Of a stretch of DNA of 64,000 nucleotides, positions 42,290-57,788 are shown piece by piece. The position numbers and the translations under genes are program-made. Source of the stretch: Eledone cirrhosa (taxonomy: Eukaryota); contig OZ024743.1 of assembly GCA_964016885.1 (NCBI GenBank), positions 186,868,001 to 186,932,000 on the forward strand. The letters are read 5' to 3'. The notes under the pieces were generated by a model that was not told where the DNA came from, did no database searches, and saw only the letters and a list, made by a program, of their open reading frames with translations. The stretch's first letter is position 1. Each line of letters begins with the position of its first letter.

Positions 42290-42700
42290 AACAGGATCGA
42301 CATGCACAGCTGGGCTGGAAGTGGTTTCATAACTGACAGGTATAGGATCAGTTGGCTGGAATTCGCAGACAACATGGTATTACTTAATTTGTCTGAAGGT
42401 GATCTCTAACATGCACTTGATAGGTTTGATGCTGAGTGCTGCATGGCTGGAATGAAAATCAGTGCTGTGAAAAATGAGACACTTGTCCTTTCAAAAAAGC
42501 CTGCACAGTGTACTCTACATGTGAATGGAGTTCCACTGAAGCAAGTGGAGTAGAGCAAGTATCTCAGGACCATGTAAATGAGTGATGGAAGGCTGAATTA
42601 AATGTAAGAATTGCAAGAGCTGGTGCAGTAATGCACCAGTTTCAGGATATAGTAATCAGAAGATGGGAGATAGGAGTAAAAGCTAAACTTGCTATCTTCA
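42290..42700 (+). mobile_element. Degraded RTE-like RT fragment
   Basis: EFADNMVL..HALDRFDAECCMAGMKISAVKNETLVL..LKQVE. Confidence 0.65.
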
Positions 42701-45074
42701 ATATATATATACATGTATGCATACATGCATACATATATATACATAAACACACACACACATACACACATATATGTATATATATACATACACACACACACAT
42801 ACACACACATATATATATACATACACACACACACACAGATATATGAGGGTGTGTGTTATGTAAATATGTGTTTTTGTATGTAAGTGTGTGTCTACTAAAT
42901 CTATTCTTTAACTGTAGGGAAATGAAAAGCAGTGTCTACTTTTGTAAATGAGCCAGTTTACAGTTATAATTCGCAGATTATAACCTGGCATATTTCCATT
43001 TATTCTGCTATATATTGCCCAAACACATGTTTGTCTTTTGTTCCTTAAAATTGTAAAGCAGTTTGATAGAAAAATGTTTAGCTCAAAGATGCTTGTATCT
43101 CCAACATAACAACCTTCAGCAGACCTTCTATAAAATTCTGTTCTTTTATTTTCTATTTTTTAATTTTTTTATTCATAACATATTTGCATTTCTTCCCAGA
43201 AACTATAAAAGAGACACTGATAAATCAAGAAATATGAGGTATATAAATTGTGAAAATTCAAAGAAAAGGAAAAGCTCTGATTATTGAAAGTAATAATTGT
43301 GAATTGTCTTTATGATATCGAGTTAGAAGACTCATTGTTGTTTGTATGATATATATCAGAAGCATAGTAGTCAAATTCTTCTAGCTTATAGTTTCTACAA
43401 TCAATAAATTAAATAATATGTATGGACCCATAACTCCAGGTAGAGTTTTAGGCCAAGTAGTGGTGTTAAATCAGGTAACTGATTGGGACTACCACATAAG
43501 TAGGCTACAGTGGGATTTGAACCCAGAATATAAAAGCTGTAATAAATACCACAAGGCTTCCTATCAAATGCTCTAAAGACTGCCAATCGAATCACCCTAA
43601 ACTGGTATTTATATATATATATTCTGCCACCCTGGTACTACCTGAAGGGGAGGGAAAGCAAAGGTGATTTTAGTGGGAGTTAATTTGGAATGCAAGGAGC
43701 TAGAATATATATTGTAAGGTATTTTGTCTGATACTCTAACACTTCTGCCTATTCACAAAGATTGACTGAGTTTTTCAGCATGTACTCACAATTTCATCAA
43801 GATTATCTGAGGTCATTTAAGTATAACCTCTACCATCAGCATGCAAGTTCACATTTATACATACTTCATGTGCCATAAAATAATACAAAAATCAGTAAAT
43901 TATTCAATTAGTAAAGTGTGATTTATACTTCCATTGACAGATATATAGTAACAAAACAAAATAGCAAAACATTGACAATTGATTGACATTTCAAAAAAAA
44001 AAAAATTAAAAAACAATTCTAAAATTGAGTGAACAGCTTATCCACATCCATAAGTAGATACTTCTTCAAATATTCTGACAATGGTTTACAACTTGATAAA
44101 GTTCTTGTGCAAGAGACATCATTAATGGTTTGTTGTGTATAGCAAAAGAAAATATTTTTGTGAAAAATCTATAATCACCATAAAATAATTGAATAAAATA
44201 TATTATTCTATATAATATTGATTTTTTAACATTAACAGAAGACCACAAAATTAATTAGAGAATACAGATGACATAATTGACCACAAGTTTATTTTATTGA
44301 ACCAATTTCATTAATTTCAGAAGGATGAAAAGCAAAGTAGATCCAAACAGGATCTACTTTTCAGCTGACCCTCATTACGAAATACTCTACCAAATCTGCC
44401 ATCCACCAGCAAGTACCTACTGCTGCTTTCATTAAAAAATAACAAATTATGCAAGTGATGATGAAATAGTTTACTGTTGCTCTCTCTTTAAACACTGAAT
44501 CTGATTTTAATTATGATTATAGAAAGATATGAATAATGCCTGTGACAAATTATCTATTTGATATATTTTTGTGAAGAATATTTCCAGTTAATCTTGTTAG
44601 GTGCAAAATGTGCTAATTATTCCTTCTCTCTACTGTTGAACAACAATGTGACTGAGGCAAAGCCCCTCAGAGGCGAGTCCTACATACTAAATTCAAATAC
44701 AGCATGGTTTCATGTACACAATTTAGAGAATTGAAAAATGTTGACCGACTAAATTTATTCATGAAATTAGTAGACAAACAGGGTATCACATATGTAAATT
44801 TGTGAGTTGAAAAACTTTGACAAACTAAATATATCTAAGAATTTAGTAGATAAGAACTATTTCTTTGTGTGTTTAGAATATAAAAACATCAGCAAGGTAG
44901 AAAGGACAATTTACACAATATAAATTAGAAGGAATATTTTTATTAGTCAACATGTGACTTGTTTTGGTCTTACTAGATCTTTCCAACAAAACATATTCTA
45001 CCCAGGTTTCTCAATTAATAGGCCTCCTCAGCCATGCATATTTTACACAGTATACAAGACGAAGATTGTTCAGT

Positions 45075-45115
45075 CCGAGCTGAAGATCCGCATAAGGTGA
45101 AACAATTGTTCTCGG
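45075..45115 (+). ncRNA. Minimal type I hammerhead ribozyme with palindromic stem III
   Basis: ccgag CTGAAGA tcc gcataa ggt GAAA caattg TT ctcgg. Confidence 0.75.
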
Positions 45116-45204
45116 TATGGTGAACTAACTTGTGTTAATACTTCTACAAAACTCGTCCCATGGCCTGAGTGCTCTACCTCTACAGATATTACCTTCCAGT
45201 GTGC

Positions 45205-45273
<69 letters not shown>

Positions 45274-45354
45274 GATATAAATGTTATCATTATAGTTGAA
45301 AATGTAGAATAGTAGAATCTAAGGAAATGAATTGTGGCCTGCATTAGTAAATAA

Positions 45355-45692
45355 TAGTGGTTTCTGATTTAGGCACAAGGCCAACAATTTAGAGGAAAGA
45401 CATTTAATCGACCCCAGAGCATTACTGGTGCTTTATTTCATTGACCCTATAAGGATGAAAGGCAAAGGTAACTTCAGCAAGATTAGAATCTAGAACATAT
45501 AGGGCTGTATATAATAATTGTTTCTACTTTTGGCATAAGGCCAGCAATTGCCCAGTACATTACTGGTACTTTATTTTATCGACCCCGTAAGGATGAAAGG
45601 CAAAGTTAACCTCGGCAGGATTTGAACGCAGAATGGCAAGGGCCGTAACTCCGTGTCAAAGCATGGCATCCGACCCTCTACTGACATTGCCA
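45355..45692 (-). mobile_element. Two SINE family A copies (older 45355-45510, younger 45512-45692)
   Basis: Homology to other copies. Confidence 0.8.
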
Positions 45693-48600
45693 TAATGAGA
45701 AGAGTTCAAACATGGAAAAAGATTTTTATGCCTTTAGGAAGAAGGAAAGCCTACCATTTCAGTCAAAACTCTTAAATGCAGAAAGATAATATGTTAGTAG
45801 GAATACATAGAACAACATTGGAGAGAGATGAAATATTAGTAGGAATAGTTACAAGATATTTGAATATGTAGAATGATGAAATTAAAAACAAAATTTACAT
45901 ATCACAATTTTGAACATGTTTTAATTTGCCAACTACCGTTATATAAAAGAAAACATAAAAAGGATACTAAATGAAAGTATTAAAAATACAAGATGGATGT
46001 AAAACTGTGTACACATGCAAAACAAACAAGTTGATATTGAATATCTTTATAACTCAATAAAATGATATGATTTGCTGTGAAAAGTCAGTTGAAGTTTTAA
46101 TACCTCCTCATCATGATCCATGTTTACCTTCCACTATCCCTGCTAACAAGTATTGGGTGGATTGTCAGCTGACTGGGTTGGTACTCAAAAAGGAATTACT
46201 GGTCCCATGATAGGCTAGGAGCCTGCAACTTGCTTACATACAATGCTGTGCACTATGGCAGGCATTTTATCATGACACCAGTACTAATGAGGTTGTCATA
46301 TTTGAGGAATTTAATAAATTTTCCATGGCTGGATACCCTTCCTATCACCAACCACTTTACAGATTGTACAGGGTGTGTTGTGTTTATTATGTAAATCACC
46401 CACACCAAAGAGGTTAACTGATATGTTTCCTTACTCTTTGTTTGGCTACTTTTCTATGGTTGCATACATTTGCTGTCACCAAATACTTTACAGTGTGTAC
46501 TGGGTGCATTTATCCTGTAAATCACCCACACTAACGAGATAAGCTGAAGAGTTCTCTCAACCCTTTGTTTAGCAGGTTTTCCATAGCAGAATGCCGTTTC
46601 TATCACAACCATTTTACAGTGTGTACAGCTAAGATATTTTCAACCATATCTCCAAAGCCTGTTTTAATTGTAAACCCCGTATAACTTAAATAGTAATTTG
46701 AAAGTTTTAATGTTTATTGAAAAAAAAAGGTATTTGTATGTTGTTTAAAACCAATTATATAGCTACACCTTTGGAGAAAAGTTTTCCACCTTAGATGCTA
46801 AACCAATGAGCAGTATAAAGAGAACACATACACACACATACAGTGCATATTTTATTTATAACATTATTTCAGATGCTAATGGAGAAAATATTCAAAGAAA
46901 GAAGTTATATTGTATGAAAATGTGCTTAATGCAGCCTGTTGTTCTAGCTGCAAGGAATATCTAGTAATAAATTTTCTGAACAAATTATCTGGAAGTTCCT
47001 ATGTACAAAGTAGTATCTCAAGTAATATGCAATTAGGATTGTCTTGATTTATCATAGGTAAGTATGTTGCAAAAATATCTGATAGAATAATGAAATTCAT
47101 GAGAAATATAAAGTAAAAAGAGAAAAGAAGAGGAGAGTAGAGAGGGAGGGTTTGTATGGGTGTGCGAGTAGCTTGCATCATATAATAAATTTACCCTATC
47201 AGCAAAATTTAAATATGTATTCAGATATTTGCATGTATTTTGGAGGCATATGTTTTAGACAAACTACCATGAAATATTATAACTATGTGTACACACTATG
47301 TGTGATTGTATGCAGGGATATGAATATGCCAAAATTTATATTAAATTTAATTGAATATTGCATATAAGACTTTGTATATATTGCATATAGGATTTTCTGT
47401 GTGAGCATAAACATTGTATATATTGACTTAAATTCAAGATCATATTATTAAGTTATATATATATATACATCAATCAGTAATGCTTTCTACATTAAGGGAT
47501 TGAGAAAAATATAAAGAATATATAACAAATAGCTTAAGAGTATCTTAGCTAATGGGAATTTAATGTCCTGCTGCTCCTAAAATCCAACATTCTATTTATT
47601 GGAAACTTAGAGCCAAATTTAATGACATATGTTAAAAAAGATAAAGATATTTCTGCAATAAAGATAAATGATATTACAATTTTCTCCAATATTCTCAATG
47701 GGTATTGATGCTTTAGTGAAATGTCAACTTAACCTGAAATATTAAAAAAATATAATAAAGTAAAACAAACTTGATAAATATTAGGATTGCAAGTCTTTCC
47801 TTCTCAATGACAGAATAACTGACTAACTAGTTAACTATAATGCTAACAGAAAGTGTAGTTTCTAGAAAAAAAAAAAATCAACAAAAAAAAAAATAAACAG
47901 AACAACACAATTTTAAAGGAATGGATGCATATCATTGAAATAATCCTTATCATTTAATATCTGCTTTCCTTGCTAGCAAGGGTTGGACTGAAACTGTGAT
48001 GGTATTATGTTTATACAGGTATAAGACCAGTCATCTGGCACCTCTCTTAATCCAGGCATAATTATAAGCAGACACTCAAGTCTATCATGACCCAGCAGAC
48101 TAGTTCATTCTTATTAAGAGTTTAGCATGGGGTGTTAGATTTAATTTTAACTATTTACACCTTCATTTTATTGTAGTTGCAGTGTAGGGAAAGTGTTTCA
48201 AATTTCATAATGTTTTTATTGAATTATTTAATTTGGAAATATGGATAAACCAGCATGGGTCTAGAACCAAAAGTGTTGTACCTGTATTTCGTATCTAAAA
48301 TAGTATAATTTCACATTTGCAAGTAATTCGTTAGTTGTGATACACTGACTGTTCACCCTTATTCTCACACAAATATTGACACAAATACTAGCTGAATGAT
48401 CTGGAAAGTTGATACTTTTGTCTTTTAATATATGTGCATATATATATATGTATGTATTTATGTATGTGTGTATATATACATGTATATATGAAGCGATATG
48501 TGTATATACATATATCTTGTAAACATTTGTTCAATGTGATACACAGGGAGATCAAACCCAAACTAGATGATTGTAACTCAAATGTCTTAAGTGAACAGCA

Positions 48601-51155
48601 ATACTTGCATCCATGATGGGTTATAATCTAAAATTCTTAAATGATCCATTTTAATATTTTTTGGTTGGTGACAACTTGTGAAGAAATTTTACATTTTCTA
48701 AGTTCCATTGAAATGGGTAAAATTTGCATAATTCTATATAGGTGTAATAAAATTGACAATGTTCACACATGGAAAAGTTGAAATATGTTAACACATGTAA
48801 AATGAGTAATTCTAAACTAATTTCACACTTTCTAACACTCTTGAAAATAGAATAAAAAGGAAAAATCTAATATACATGTTTATTTACATAAGTATAATTT
48901 TCAAAGATAGTTAAAAGCCCAAAATATTTTGTAAATCACCAGAGAATATAAATTCTATGTATGGAAAAATTAAATTTTTAATTTTGAAATAATAACATTA
49001 TATATTTAATCATCATCGTCGTCCTCATGTTATGTTAATTTGTTATGCTTGCATGTGTTGAAAGGGGCTTTTCCAGAATTATGTTTTCATCTGTTCTCTA
49101 AGATTCATGATATAAAGTTTTATGGAAAAATAGCAATTTGTAAATTTCTTTTACTTTTCAAATTTCCTTCCTTGTTTCATGAGCTTTTAGAATATAATTC
49201 TTTGTTATAGTATATAATACTGCACATTATTTTTTGGTATTTTTATACTATTTTAGTATTATTTCCTATCAAGAAAGAAGTAAGTAGTCAAAGTTGGCAA
49301 CTTCTCAGATTGCAAATACTATATCACAGTGTAAAATTAGCTTACAATGTCTAAAAATGACAAAATACTTTTACTCTTCTTACTGTTAGCATTCAATCAC
49401 ATAAAAAAGCATCAACATCATTTTGTCTATCAAACCTCACATATTGCCTTATCCATCATTCAATTTTATCAAAATCCTGTACAATTCTGATCAGCTGAGT
49501 AAAAATAGAACATCTATATATGCTATTTTATTTTAATCACAACAAAAAGTAGAAAATAAATAAAAAAGCTAGTTTGTACTTGGATTACATGTTTTCTTAC
49601 TTCTCAATGCTGTAAAATGTCTATTTTTGTTAGTAAATATTGACTTTTTCTTTCAGTGTTTGCATTAACTTTCTGTTATCATAAAACCACTGAAGCACAT
49701 TGGAAGCTAACTGGAGCCAAGACACATGGGAAAACAATCAAAGAAATTCAAAAGATAGTATTAAATTTAATTTTATTATTTAATTCAGTTGAATTCAAAA
49801 CAAAAATTAAAATAAATCTAAATGAAAAATCTGGGGAACAGGAAATGATTTTCAGGTTTTACATTATTGTATTTGTAACTCTGTTATATAATCCTTGTTA
49901 GGAAAGGTTGGCATAAATGAATTTGAAAATATTAAAAATAATACACACATACCCATGTATTTGTGTATTATGCATCTACACTAACATACATACACACCTT
50001 TATTCATATATAGTATAATGTTTAGATGTCTAAACAGGAGAAATTGTAGTACTTGTAGTATTTGAAGTAGAATTTTTATTATCTGTTTATTCATTCAAAA
50101 TTCTGAATAATGACACAATAAAACTTCAGCTTAGAATAAAAAAAATAGATTATATAAATATAACTATATATAATGAATAAATTCCACCCAGTCAGAAAGA
50201 GAGAGGGAAAGTTAAGAAAGTTTGCCATTTTAAATTTAAATGGTGGTTTTCAAATTTTTAATTATTTTATGTTGCCATTAACTGTTCCTAACCAAGTGAT
50301 TACCTTTTAGAAAGTGCTAGAGATAAACATCTTAACATAAATTTAAAAATAAAAGCTATGTTTCATAGTATTTTCAATAGAACATAATTTCCCATAATAG
50401 TGAATTAATTGTTATTTTTCTTTTTGTTTCCAGCCTCCCAGCAGTTATTTCCAAGTTTATGTACAATATATATTATTTCATTTTTTGTATAAATAGAACT
50501 ACATTATCAAATGTGTGTTTCCTAATTTAAGATGATAGGGTATGATTTTAGGGAAATTTGCCTGTTATTTCTAGCAGGTTAAGTGATTGCACAAGGGGCC
50601 ATCCCACATTGGTTTTAAGTGAACAAGGTTTTTGTAATGGCTTAGCTTCAGATTAGCCTCGATCAAGATAGGAAGTGATTTTGATGGAGATTTTACTGCC
50701 ATTTGCAGCAGGTCATACAGTCATCTGGAAGACTGCTTATTGAACAGTGAGGCCAACAAAGCCTCAATGTGATTGCTCACTCTGCTACAAATAATAGCCA
50801 AATAATAGCCCTATACATTGGAAAATGTGGTCCGGTTTTCCCAGTACATAAAAACAGGATGGTCATGGCTGGAGTAGTTTTGATCATATATGTGCTCAGT
50901 TATGGATCAGCTGGATGTAAACAACAACAAATGAGACCTACCAATATGCATTAGTGTCATCTTACTTCTTAGGAAGCAGTACCGTAGAAACTAACTCTCT
51001 CTTTCTATCTCCCTCTCTTAAACTTTCTACTTTATTTCTTCAGAGATGTAGTTGGTGTAAGATGGCCTTGAGATATGAGTTACTTGGGGAAGATGTGATA
51101 TCTGATGTGAGAAAGGGCTGGGTGAGTTCAGATTACAGATATAGATACAATAGCA

Positions 51156-51635
51156 TCACCTAAACTATAATAAAGTAAGGAGCGCGGGACTGTGTACGGT
51201 TTATAATTTTTTATCCCATTAGTAAAATAAGTTGGATTACTTTGAATAAATAATGAATGAATATTACATAATTTATCTACTAAATTTCGTGGCTGTTCAT
51301 TAAATATATTTTACTACTTCTTTAAAGATTCACTTCTTTAAAATGTTCAAATGTCAAAACTTCCGTTTAGCGATCGTTTAAATAAATATTCATATATTTC
51401 TGTCACTAATTTTCTCCTAATGCAGTTTATATATAATATCGTCTTTTTTTAATGTATCATGGATTACGTTACTGATTACATAAGAAAGTGTAACACAGTC
51501 TTCGTTCAATTTCTGTGTATATTGACAATTACGATTTTATTTGATGTATCATATCTACATGCATATATACTTGCGTATAATATACACACTACACATGCTA
51601 GCAGAAAACCACCTGAAGGGTGGTTTTTCTGCTAG
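51156..51635 (+). mobile_element. Non-autonomous Helitron-like element related to the 33479 element
   Basis: Same terminal hairpin ctagcagaaaacc..ggtttttctgCTAG|T; CpG-richer interior; 5' end uncertain. Confidence 0.6.
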
Positions 51636-52059
51636 TTATACTAAGGATTTCTGAGTATTTTTATATTGGAATTGTTGAAGAATAACAATCAGCCAATGGC
51701 TTGACTACATTTCTGACAACAAGAGTAAATGTAGCTATTGTCTTTAATTTGCTGCAGAACAAATATCTCAAAAGACATTGCAAAACACTGGTCTGGTTTG
51801 CCCTATTAATTCTGCCAATCCACCACCCTTAATCCAAACATTAGAAATGGTTTCTAATTCTGGCACAAAGTCAGCAATTTGTTTTGTGGTGGTTGTAGTG
51901 ATGGGGAAGTCAATTATATTGACCCCCACCCAGTATTTGACTGGTGTTTTGTTTTATTGAAGGATAAAAGGCAAAGTTAACATCAAAGAATTTGTTTGAT
52001 GCTCTAACATCACTGCCAATCTATCTCCTCATTAATATAGTATAATATAACATTATTTT

Positions 52060-52355
52060 ATAATGTTGGTGACATAACAAAAAGCACCCAGTCCACCCTG
52101 TAAGGTGATTGTGCTGGTGACATAACAAAAGTGTCCAGTTCACCCTGTAAGGTGGTTGTTTCAGTGCCAAGATAAAAAGCACCCAGTCCACATGCTAACG
52201 TGGTTGGTACTAGGAAGAGTAACCAGGCATAGAAACCAAGCCAAAATACAGATCTATATGAGCATGATGTGGTCTCCAGACCTGACTTGTCTCAATGTAA
52301 CAACCTGTCTAACCCATGCAAATGTGAAAAAATTGACATTAAATGATGATGCTGA
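52060..52355 (+). mobile_element. Old RTE 3' UTR with tandem units
   Basis: aaaagcacccagtcca units; ctaacccatgca..gatgatg tail. Confidence 0.6.
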
Positions 52356-52854
52356 TGGTATTATATATAACATTATTAATAAACTTTAAAATCAGTTGCT
52401 GTATATTTTGAATAGTAATACAAGAGAATATCAAAGGAATCTATAACATTAAAGTAGCACAATAAACTTTTATTTTCTTTCCTTCCCTTGATATACTTTC
52501 ATTGATAACAAATAAATTATGACTCAATGATATAATATGTGGTAATTTTAGGCTTAATGAGCTGCTTAAATCACTAGCTGGCTGTCTTTAACTATTTCAG
52601 GTCTTTTTAGTTCACTAATATTCGACTTATCAGCAAAAATGTTATAATTAATAGATAATTGAATTAAGCGTCTTGTCTATATTTTCAGTGTCATGATTCT
52701 CTGAACTTGAGTGACATAATAATTAATACACTTACTGGAAATATTACTAACATCATCCTATGATAATGGAATTAAGTTACTATCAGTAATTCTATAATTC
52801 ATATGATAGGTTAAAATTATAATCCCTGTAAACAAAGCCATTGTTGGTGGTCAT

Positions 52855-53145
52855 AGTGATTCCACAACAAAAAGCACCCAGTCCACTTTGTAAGTTGGTA
52901 GTGCTGGTGCCACAACAAAAGACACGTAGTCCACCCTGTTAAGTAGTAGTGCTGGTGCCATGAAAAACGCTCCCAGTACATGCTGAAATGTGGTTGGCAT
53001 GATGGAAAGCATACAACCATAGAAAACCAAGATAAAATTGAATGAGCAAGATGTGGTCATCTGACCTGTCTGGCCTCATAATGTGACAGCCTGTCTAACC
53101 CATACAAGCATGGGAAATAGATGCTAAACAGTGATGATGATAATT
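52855..53145 (+). mobile_element. Old RTE 3' UTR with tandem units
   Basis: Same unit and tail as 52060-52355. Confidence 0.6.
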
Positions 53146-54805
53146 ATGTTGATGATAATGTCGTCAGCTGTGAACTTATAATATTATAATTAATATATGC
53201 TGGACATAGCTATAAAAATCAACCATTTTGAATATCTATTCTATTAAATAATCAGTTATGAATTTTCTTATCAATGTTTAAATAAACTCTACTGAAGAGA
53301 AAAACATCTTTGAAATGTTTTCAGCTCTGAAACAATCAAATATCGAAATTGCTGTTCTTTTTGTTAATTTATTACAAATATAATTAGTTATTGGAAAATG
53401 GTTACTTAGTAAGCATGAGTCACTGATGCAGTGATTCTGAATATATTATTAGAAAATATTAGCTCAGACATCATCTGAATCAGAGACTCAGAGGTTATGA
53501 CTGTATTATTTGGAAATGGTAATTTAGACAGGATCTGAGTCACACACTCAGAAGTTATGAATGTATAATTAGAAATTAGCACAATTTTCTTTTACTTTTT
53601 ATCTCTCAGAGTAATTAATGATTTGAAGAATAACATAGTTAATAATGAAATTGGAAGAACATATATGGACACGCAAAGGAAAGTGAATATATTAAGGGAT
53701 TCTTTCGTATGAAAATAACGATGTAGAGTGAATTAATTATATTTATTTATTTACACAAATTTTTCGTGCACATATCCCAGTTTTTAGAAGTATACTGTAA
53801 CCCTGCATGTTACAAGATATGCTCAAAAGACTTAGCCTCAGGAAGAGCATCTAGCTATAAAACATCTTGCCCAGCCTATGCCAGTGTGAAAAGGCAGACA
53901 TAAAAATAATGCTAATGATAATGCAGATAACATAACTTGGATTAGATTTTAAACCCAATCCTTACTAGCAGGGAAAATAGACAATAAATGATGATGATAA
54001 ATAATTGTTGTTTCACCTCCTTTTAAGAAAGAAAGGCAACCACATTGCCTGTGAGGAATTAAACCTGTGTTGAAATCTAATTGTATAGCGTAATTTGTAT
54101 TTATCTATGAAGAATTAACGTTTGAGACAGAGAAAATTCCAATGAAAATGTGCAACTCAGAAAGAGGAAATAGACTTTATTTTAGATATCTAATTTAATG
54201 TCCACATTAATGCATTCCGGAAACTACAGTATATCCTAATTGGTAGCTTTCAACAAAATAACTACATGAAATTTGTCAAAACCATCATTATCTTCTATGC
54301 TAAATATATAGTTTAAAGTACAAAACCATAAAATTTGAGCCTAAAATAAAAGTGTTAATAATCATGTTGTTAATTTATTTTACACAGTTGGAAAATACTA
54401 TATGAAACGTAACTAAAAATTGAAACAAAAGTGATAACCATTAATATACAAAGAATGAGGAAAATCAAACAGGCATGAGAATTTTCTTTTCTTTTTCAAT
54501 AATTAATAACATTATTTATTTTAAAATTTAAGATGCTTAAGAATTATTTTAACAAATGGATATGATTTCTGATACAATAATGAAGGCCAACAACAACAAT
54601 GAAAAAGGCAAATAAATAAAGGAATCCTGATACAATTATATATATAAAAGCAGTTGCCTGTTACTACTGAAACTTATTTTGTGACTGGAATAATTGATTT
54701 GCATCAACAATATTTTATTTATGGCAGTATTTTCTTAGTTTCAACTCATTCACATTGGTGTTTCACACGATCTAATTATTTTTCTATCTATTATCATTAT
54801 TTCCT

Positions 54806-54911
54806 CCCGCCGAGGTTAACTTTGCCTTTCATCCTTACGGGGTCGATAAAATAAAGTACCAGTAATGTACTGGGTAATTGATGGCCTTGTGCCAAAAGTA
54901 GAAACAATTAC
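54806..54911 (+). mobile_element. SINE family A, 5'-truncated
   Basis: cccgccgaggttaactttgcc..agaaacaatta. Confidence 0.85.
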
Positions 54912-55459
54912 TTCCTGTTGTAACTATGGGAATGAGTGATGGTGGTAATGGTGGTAGAGCTAGTAATCTTAATGCTATTAACTATAGAGAGTGTTTTTAA
55001 TCTACTTAATGTCTGTTAATCTGGCTGCAGAGTAAGTTACAATTATCATGTTGCATTATAACTTAAGTGAGAAAAGTTGCTGCAACAAGTAATAGAAATC
55101 ACTGTATCTGTTAACTTTGATGCAACAAAGGAAATACAATAAACAGTAAGAATAATAAATCTAGGAGCTAGGAACTTATTCTTTTTATATTTGTAACAAG
55201 TGCAAAAAATTACAAGTCACTATATGTTTATATATACATATGTTTATATATACATACACACTCACACATGCTTATATATATATATATGTATGTCATGTGT
55301 ATCCTGGTTTTTAGAATGTATTCACTGTATTACCCTGCATGTCATAAGAGGCTATTAAAGGGTTAACACGAGGAAGGGCTTCAATCAGTAAATTATTATC
55401 TCAAAACATCTTATCTAACCCATGCAATCATTGAAAGGTGGATATAAAAGTGATTATAT

Positions 55460-56032
55460 ATCATCATCATCATCATCATCACTGTTTTACGTCCATTCTT
55501 CCACACTAGCATGGGTTAGACAGGTTGTCCTGTTGTGGGCAATGCCAGGTCAGGTGACCTTGTTTTGCTCATACTAGAACTGATTTTGGCTTGATTTCCT
55601 AACACCAACCTCATTTACAGTAAGTATTGGGTGCTTTTTTACTGTGGTACCTACACAACTACTTTACAGTGTGGGCTAGGTGCTTTTTTGTCGTGACACC
55701 TCCATGACTACTTTGCAGTGGGAGGGGGTGGGGACATATTGTCTATATGCTTCAGCTTCGGCTTATACCCATGGGAAGTCGGGTCTTCTGTATTACTGTG
55801 TGATGCCAGAGGTCACGGTCGTGTGTCATCACCCCTGAGAGATGTAGTTGGGCAAGGTCAGCTTTTATCAACTCATCCCGGTTCTCCTTGGGTCTCCCCA
55901 CTCCAAGGCTTCCATCGACTTTTAGTGCCCTGCACCTTTTTATGCAGCTGTCGTCCTTCATACGTATCACATGTCCATACCAATGCAACATCCTCTCCTG
56001 CACACAGCATTTGATTCCTCTTATTCTCGGTC
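55460..56032 (-). mobile_element. RTE LINE 3' end, sister subfamily
   Basis: [34 protein letters not shown]; GAT tail. Confidence 0.9.
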
Positions 56033-56064
56033 TCTCTCATATATATATATATATATATAAACAT

Positions 56065-56101
<37 letters not shown>

Positions 56102-56211
56102 AACATATATATATATATAAACATATATATATTATATATATATATAAACATATATATATATATATATAAACATATATATATATTTATATATAAACATATA
56201 TATATATAAAC

Positions 56212-56271
<60 letters not shown>

Positions 56272-56272
56272 A

Positions 56273-56373
<101 letters not shown>

Positions 56374-56637
56374 ACTCCATTCCAGAAACTAATTAGTTGG
56401 AAGTGATATTTTAGTAAGTAAGTTAATTTTATAATCTTCTTATTTTACGTCTCTTATATATATAAACATATATATATATATATATAAACACATATATATA
56501 TATATATAAACACACATATATATATATATATATATATAAACATATATATATATATATATAAACATATATATATATATAAACATATATATATATATATATA
56601 AACACATATATATATATAAACATATATATATATATAT

Positions 56638-57108
56638 ATCATCATCATCATCATCATCAGGTTTAGCGTCCGTGTTCCACGCTTGCATGGGTTTGGACGG
56701 GGGTTTTCCCACTTGAGGCAAGAGTGGTTGTCTTGCTCGCATAGGACTGTCTGGCGGGTTTTCTACAGTTGGATGCCCTTCCTAACACCAACCACATTTA
56801 CAGTGTGGGGCTGGGAGGTTTTTACCGTGTTGCCTACACGGCCACATTACAGCGTGGACTGTCTGGCGGGTTTTCTACAGCTGGATGCCCTTCCTAACAC
56901 CAACCACATTTACAGTGTGGGGCTGGGAGGTTTTTACTGTGTTGCCTACACGGCCACATTTACAGCGTGGACTGTGTGTTTTTTTTGTCGTGACACCTAC
57001 ACGATCTCATTTGTTTTGGCCTGGATGTTGTGGGACCAACATAACTTTACATTGAAAGGGGCGGTGTGGATGGGGTGGAGGTGGTGGGACGGGGTATGTT
57101 TTGATAGA
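56638..57108 (-). mobile_element. Young RTE LINE copy 6 (3' UTR only, same duplication as copy 3)
   Basis: Shares ggacgctaaacctgat and gtcccacaacatcc variants with 21838-22335. Confidence 0.93.
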
Positions 57109-57177
57109 GATAATAAACACATATATATATATAAACATATATATATATAAACACATATATATATATATATATATATA

Positions 57178-57220
<43 letters not shown>

Positions 57221-57263
57221 ATATATATATATATAAACATATATATATATATATATATATATA

Positions 57264-57378
<115 letters not shown>

Positions 57379-57419
57379 GATGATGATGATGATATATATA
57401 TATAAACATATATATATAT

Positions 57420-57788
57420 ATATTGTTATACTTAGGGAGGGTCATGTTGCCAATAAGAAACACACGCACCAGTTTCTTTCACTTCAATTTATTATAATAA
57501 ATTTATAATAAATTTATAAATTTATAAATTCCTGGTTGGTTGGTTCCACAACCAGATAGTTGTTTATATATTGTTTATATATTGTTTATATACTGAAGAG
57601 GTCACATAGTGTGTGACGAAAGAACTATGACAAAATATAAACAACTATCTGGTTGTGGAACCAACCAACCAACCAGAAATTTATAAATTTATAAATTTAT
57701 TATAAATTTATTATAATAAATTGAAGTGAAAGCAACTGGTGCGTGTGTTTCTTATTGGCAACATGACCCTCCCTAAGTATAACAATAT
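57420..57788. repeat. ~150-bp inverted repeat (57420-57569 / 57635-57788) enclosing a hammerhead core; probable PLE inverted pLTR
   Basis: Arms are near-perfect reverse complements; spacer contains CTGAAGA g gtcacat-agt-gtgtgac GAAA (57593-57621). Confidence 0.85.

Noticed and set aside
44985-45037. Minus-strand CTGAGGA..GAAAcctgggTA
   Set aside because: Stems I and II do not pair
49656-49901. ORF after a good acceptor
   Set aside because: No convincing donor or recognisable homology
53285-53345. CTGAAGA..hairpin..GAAAC
   Set aside because: No stem I or valid stem III/NUH
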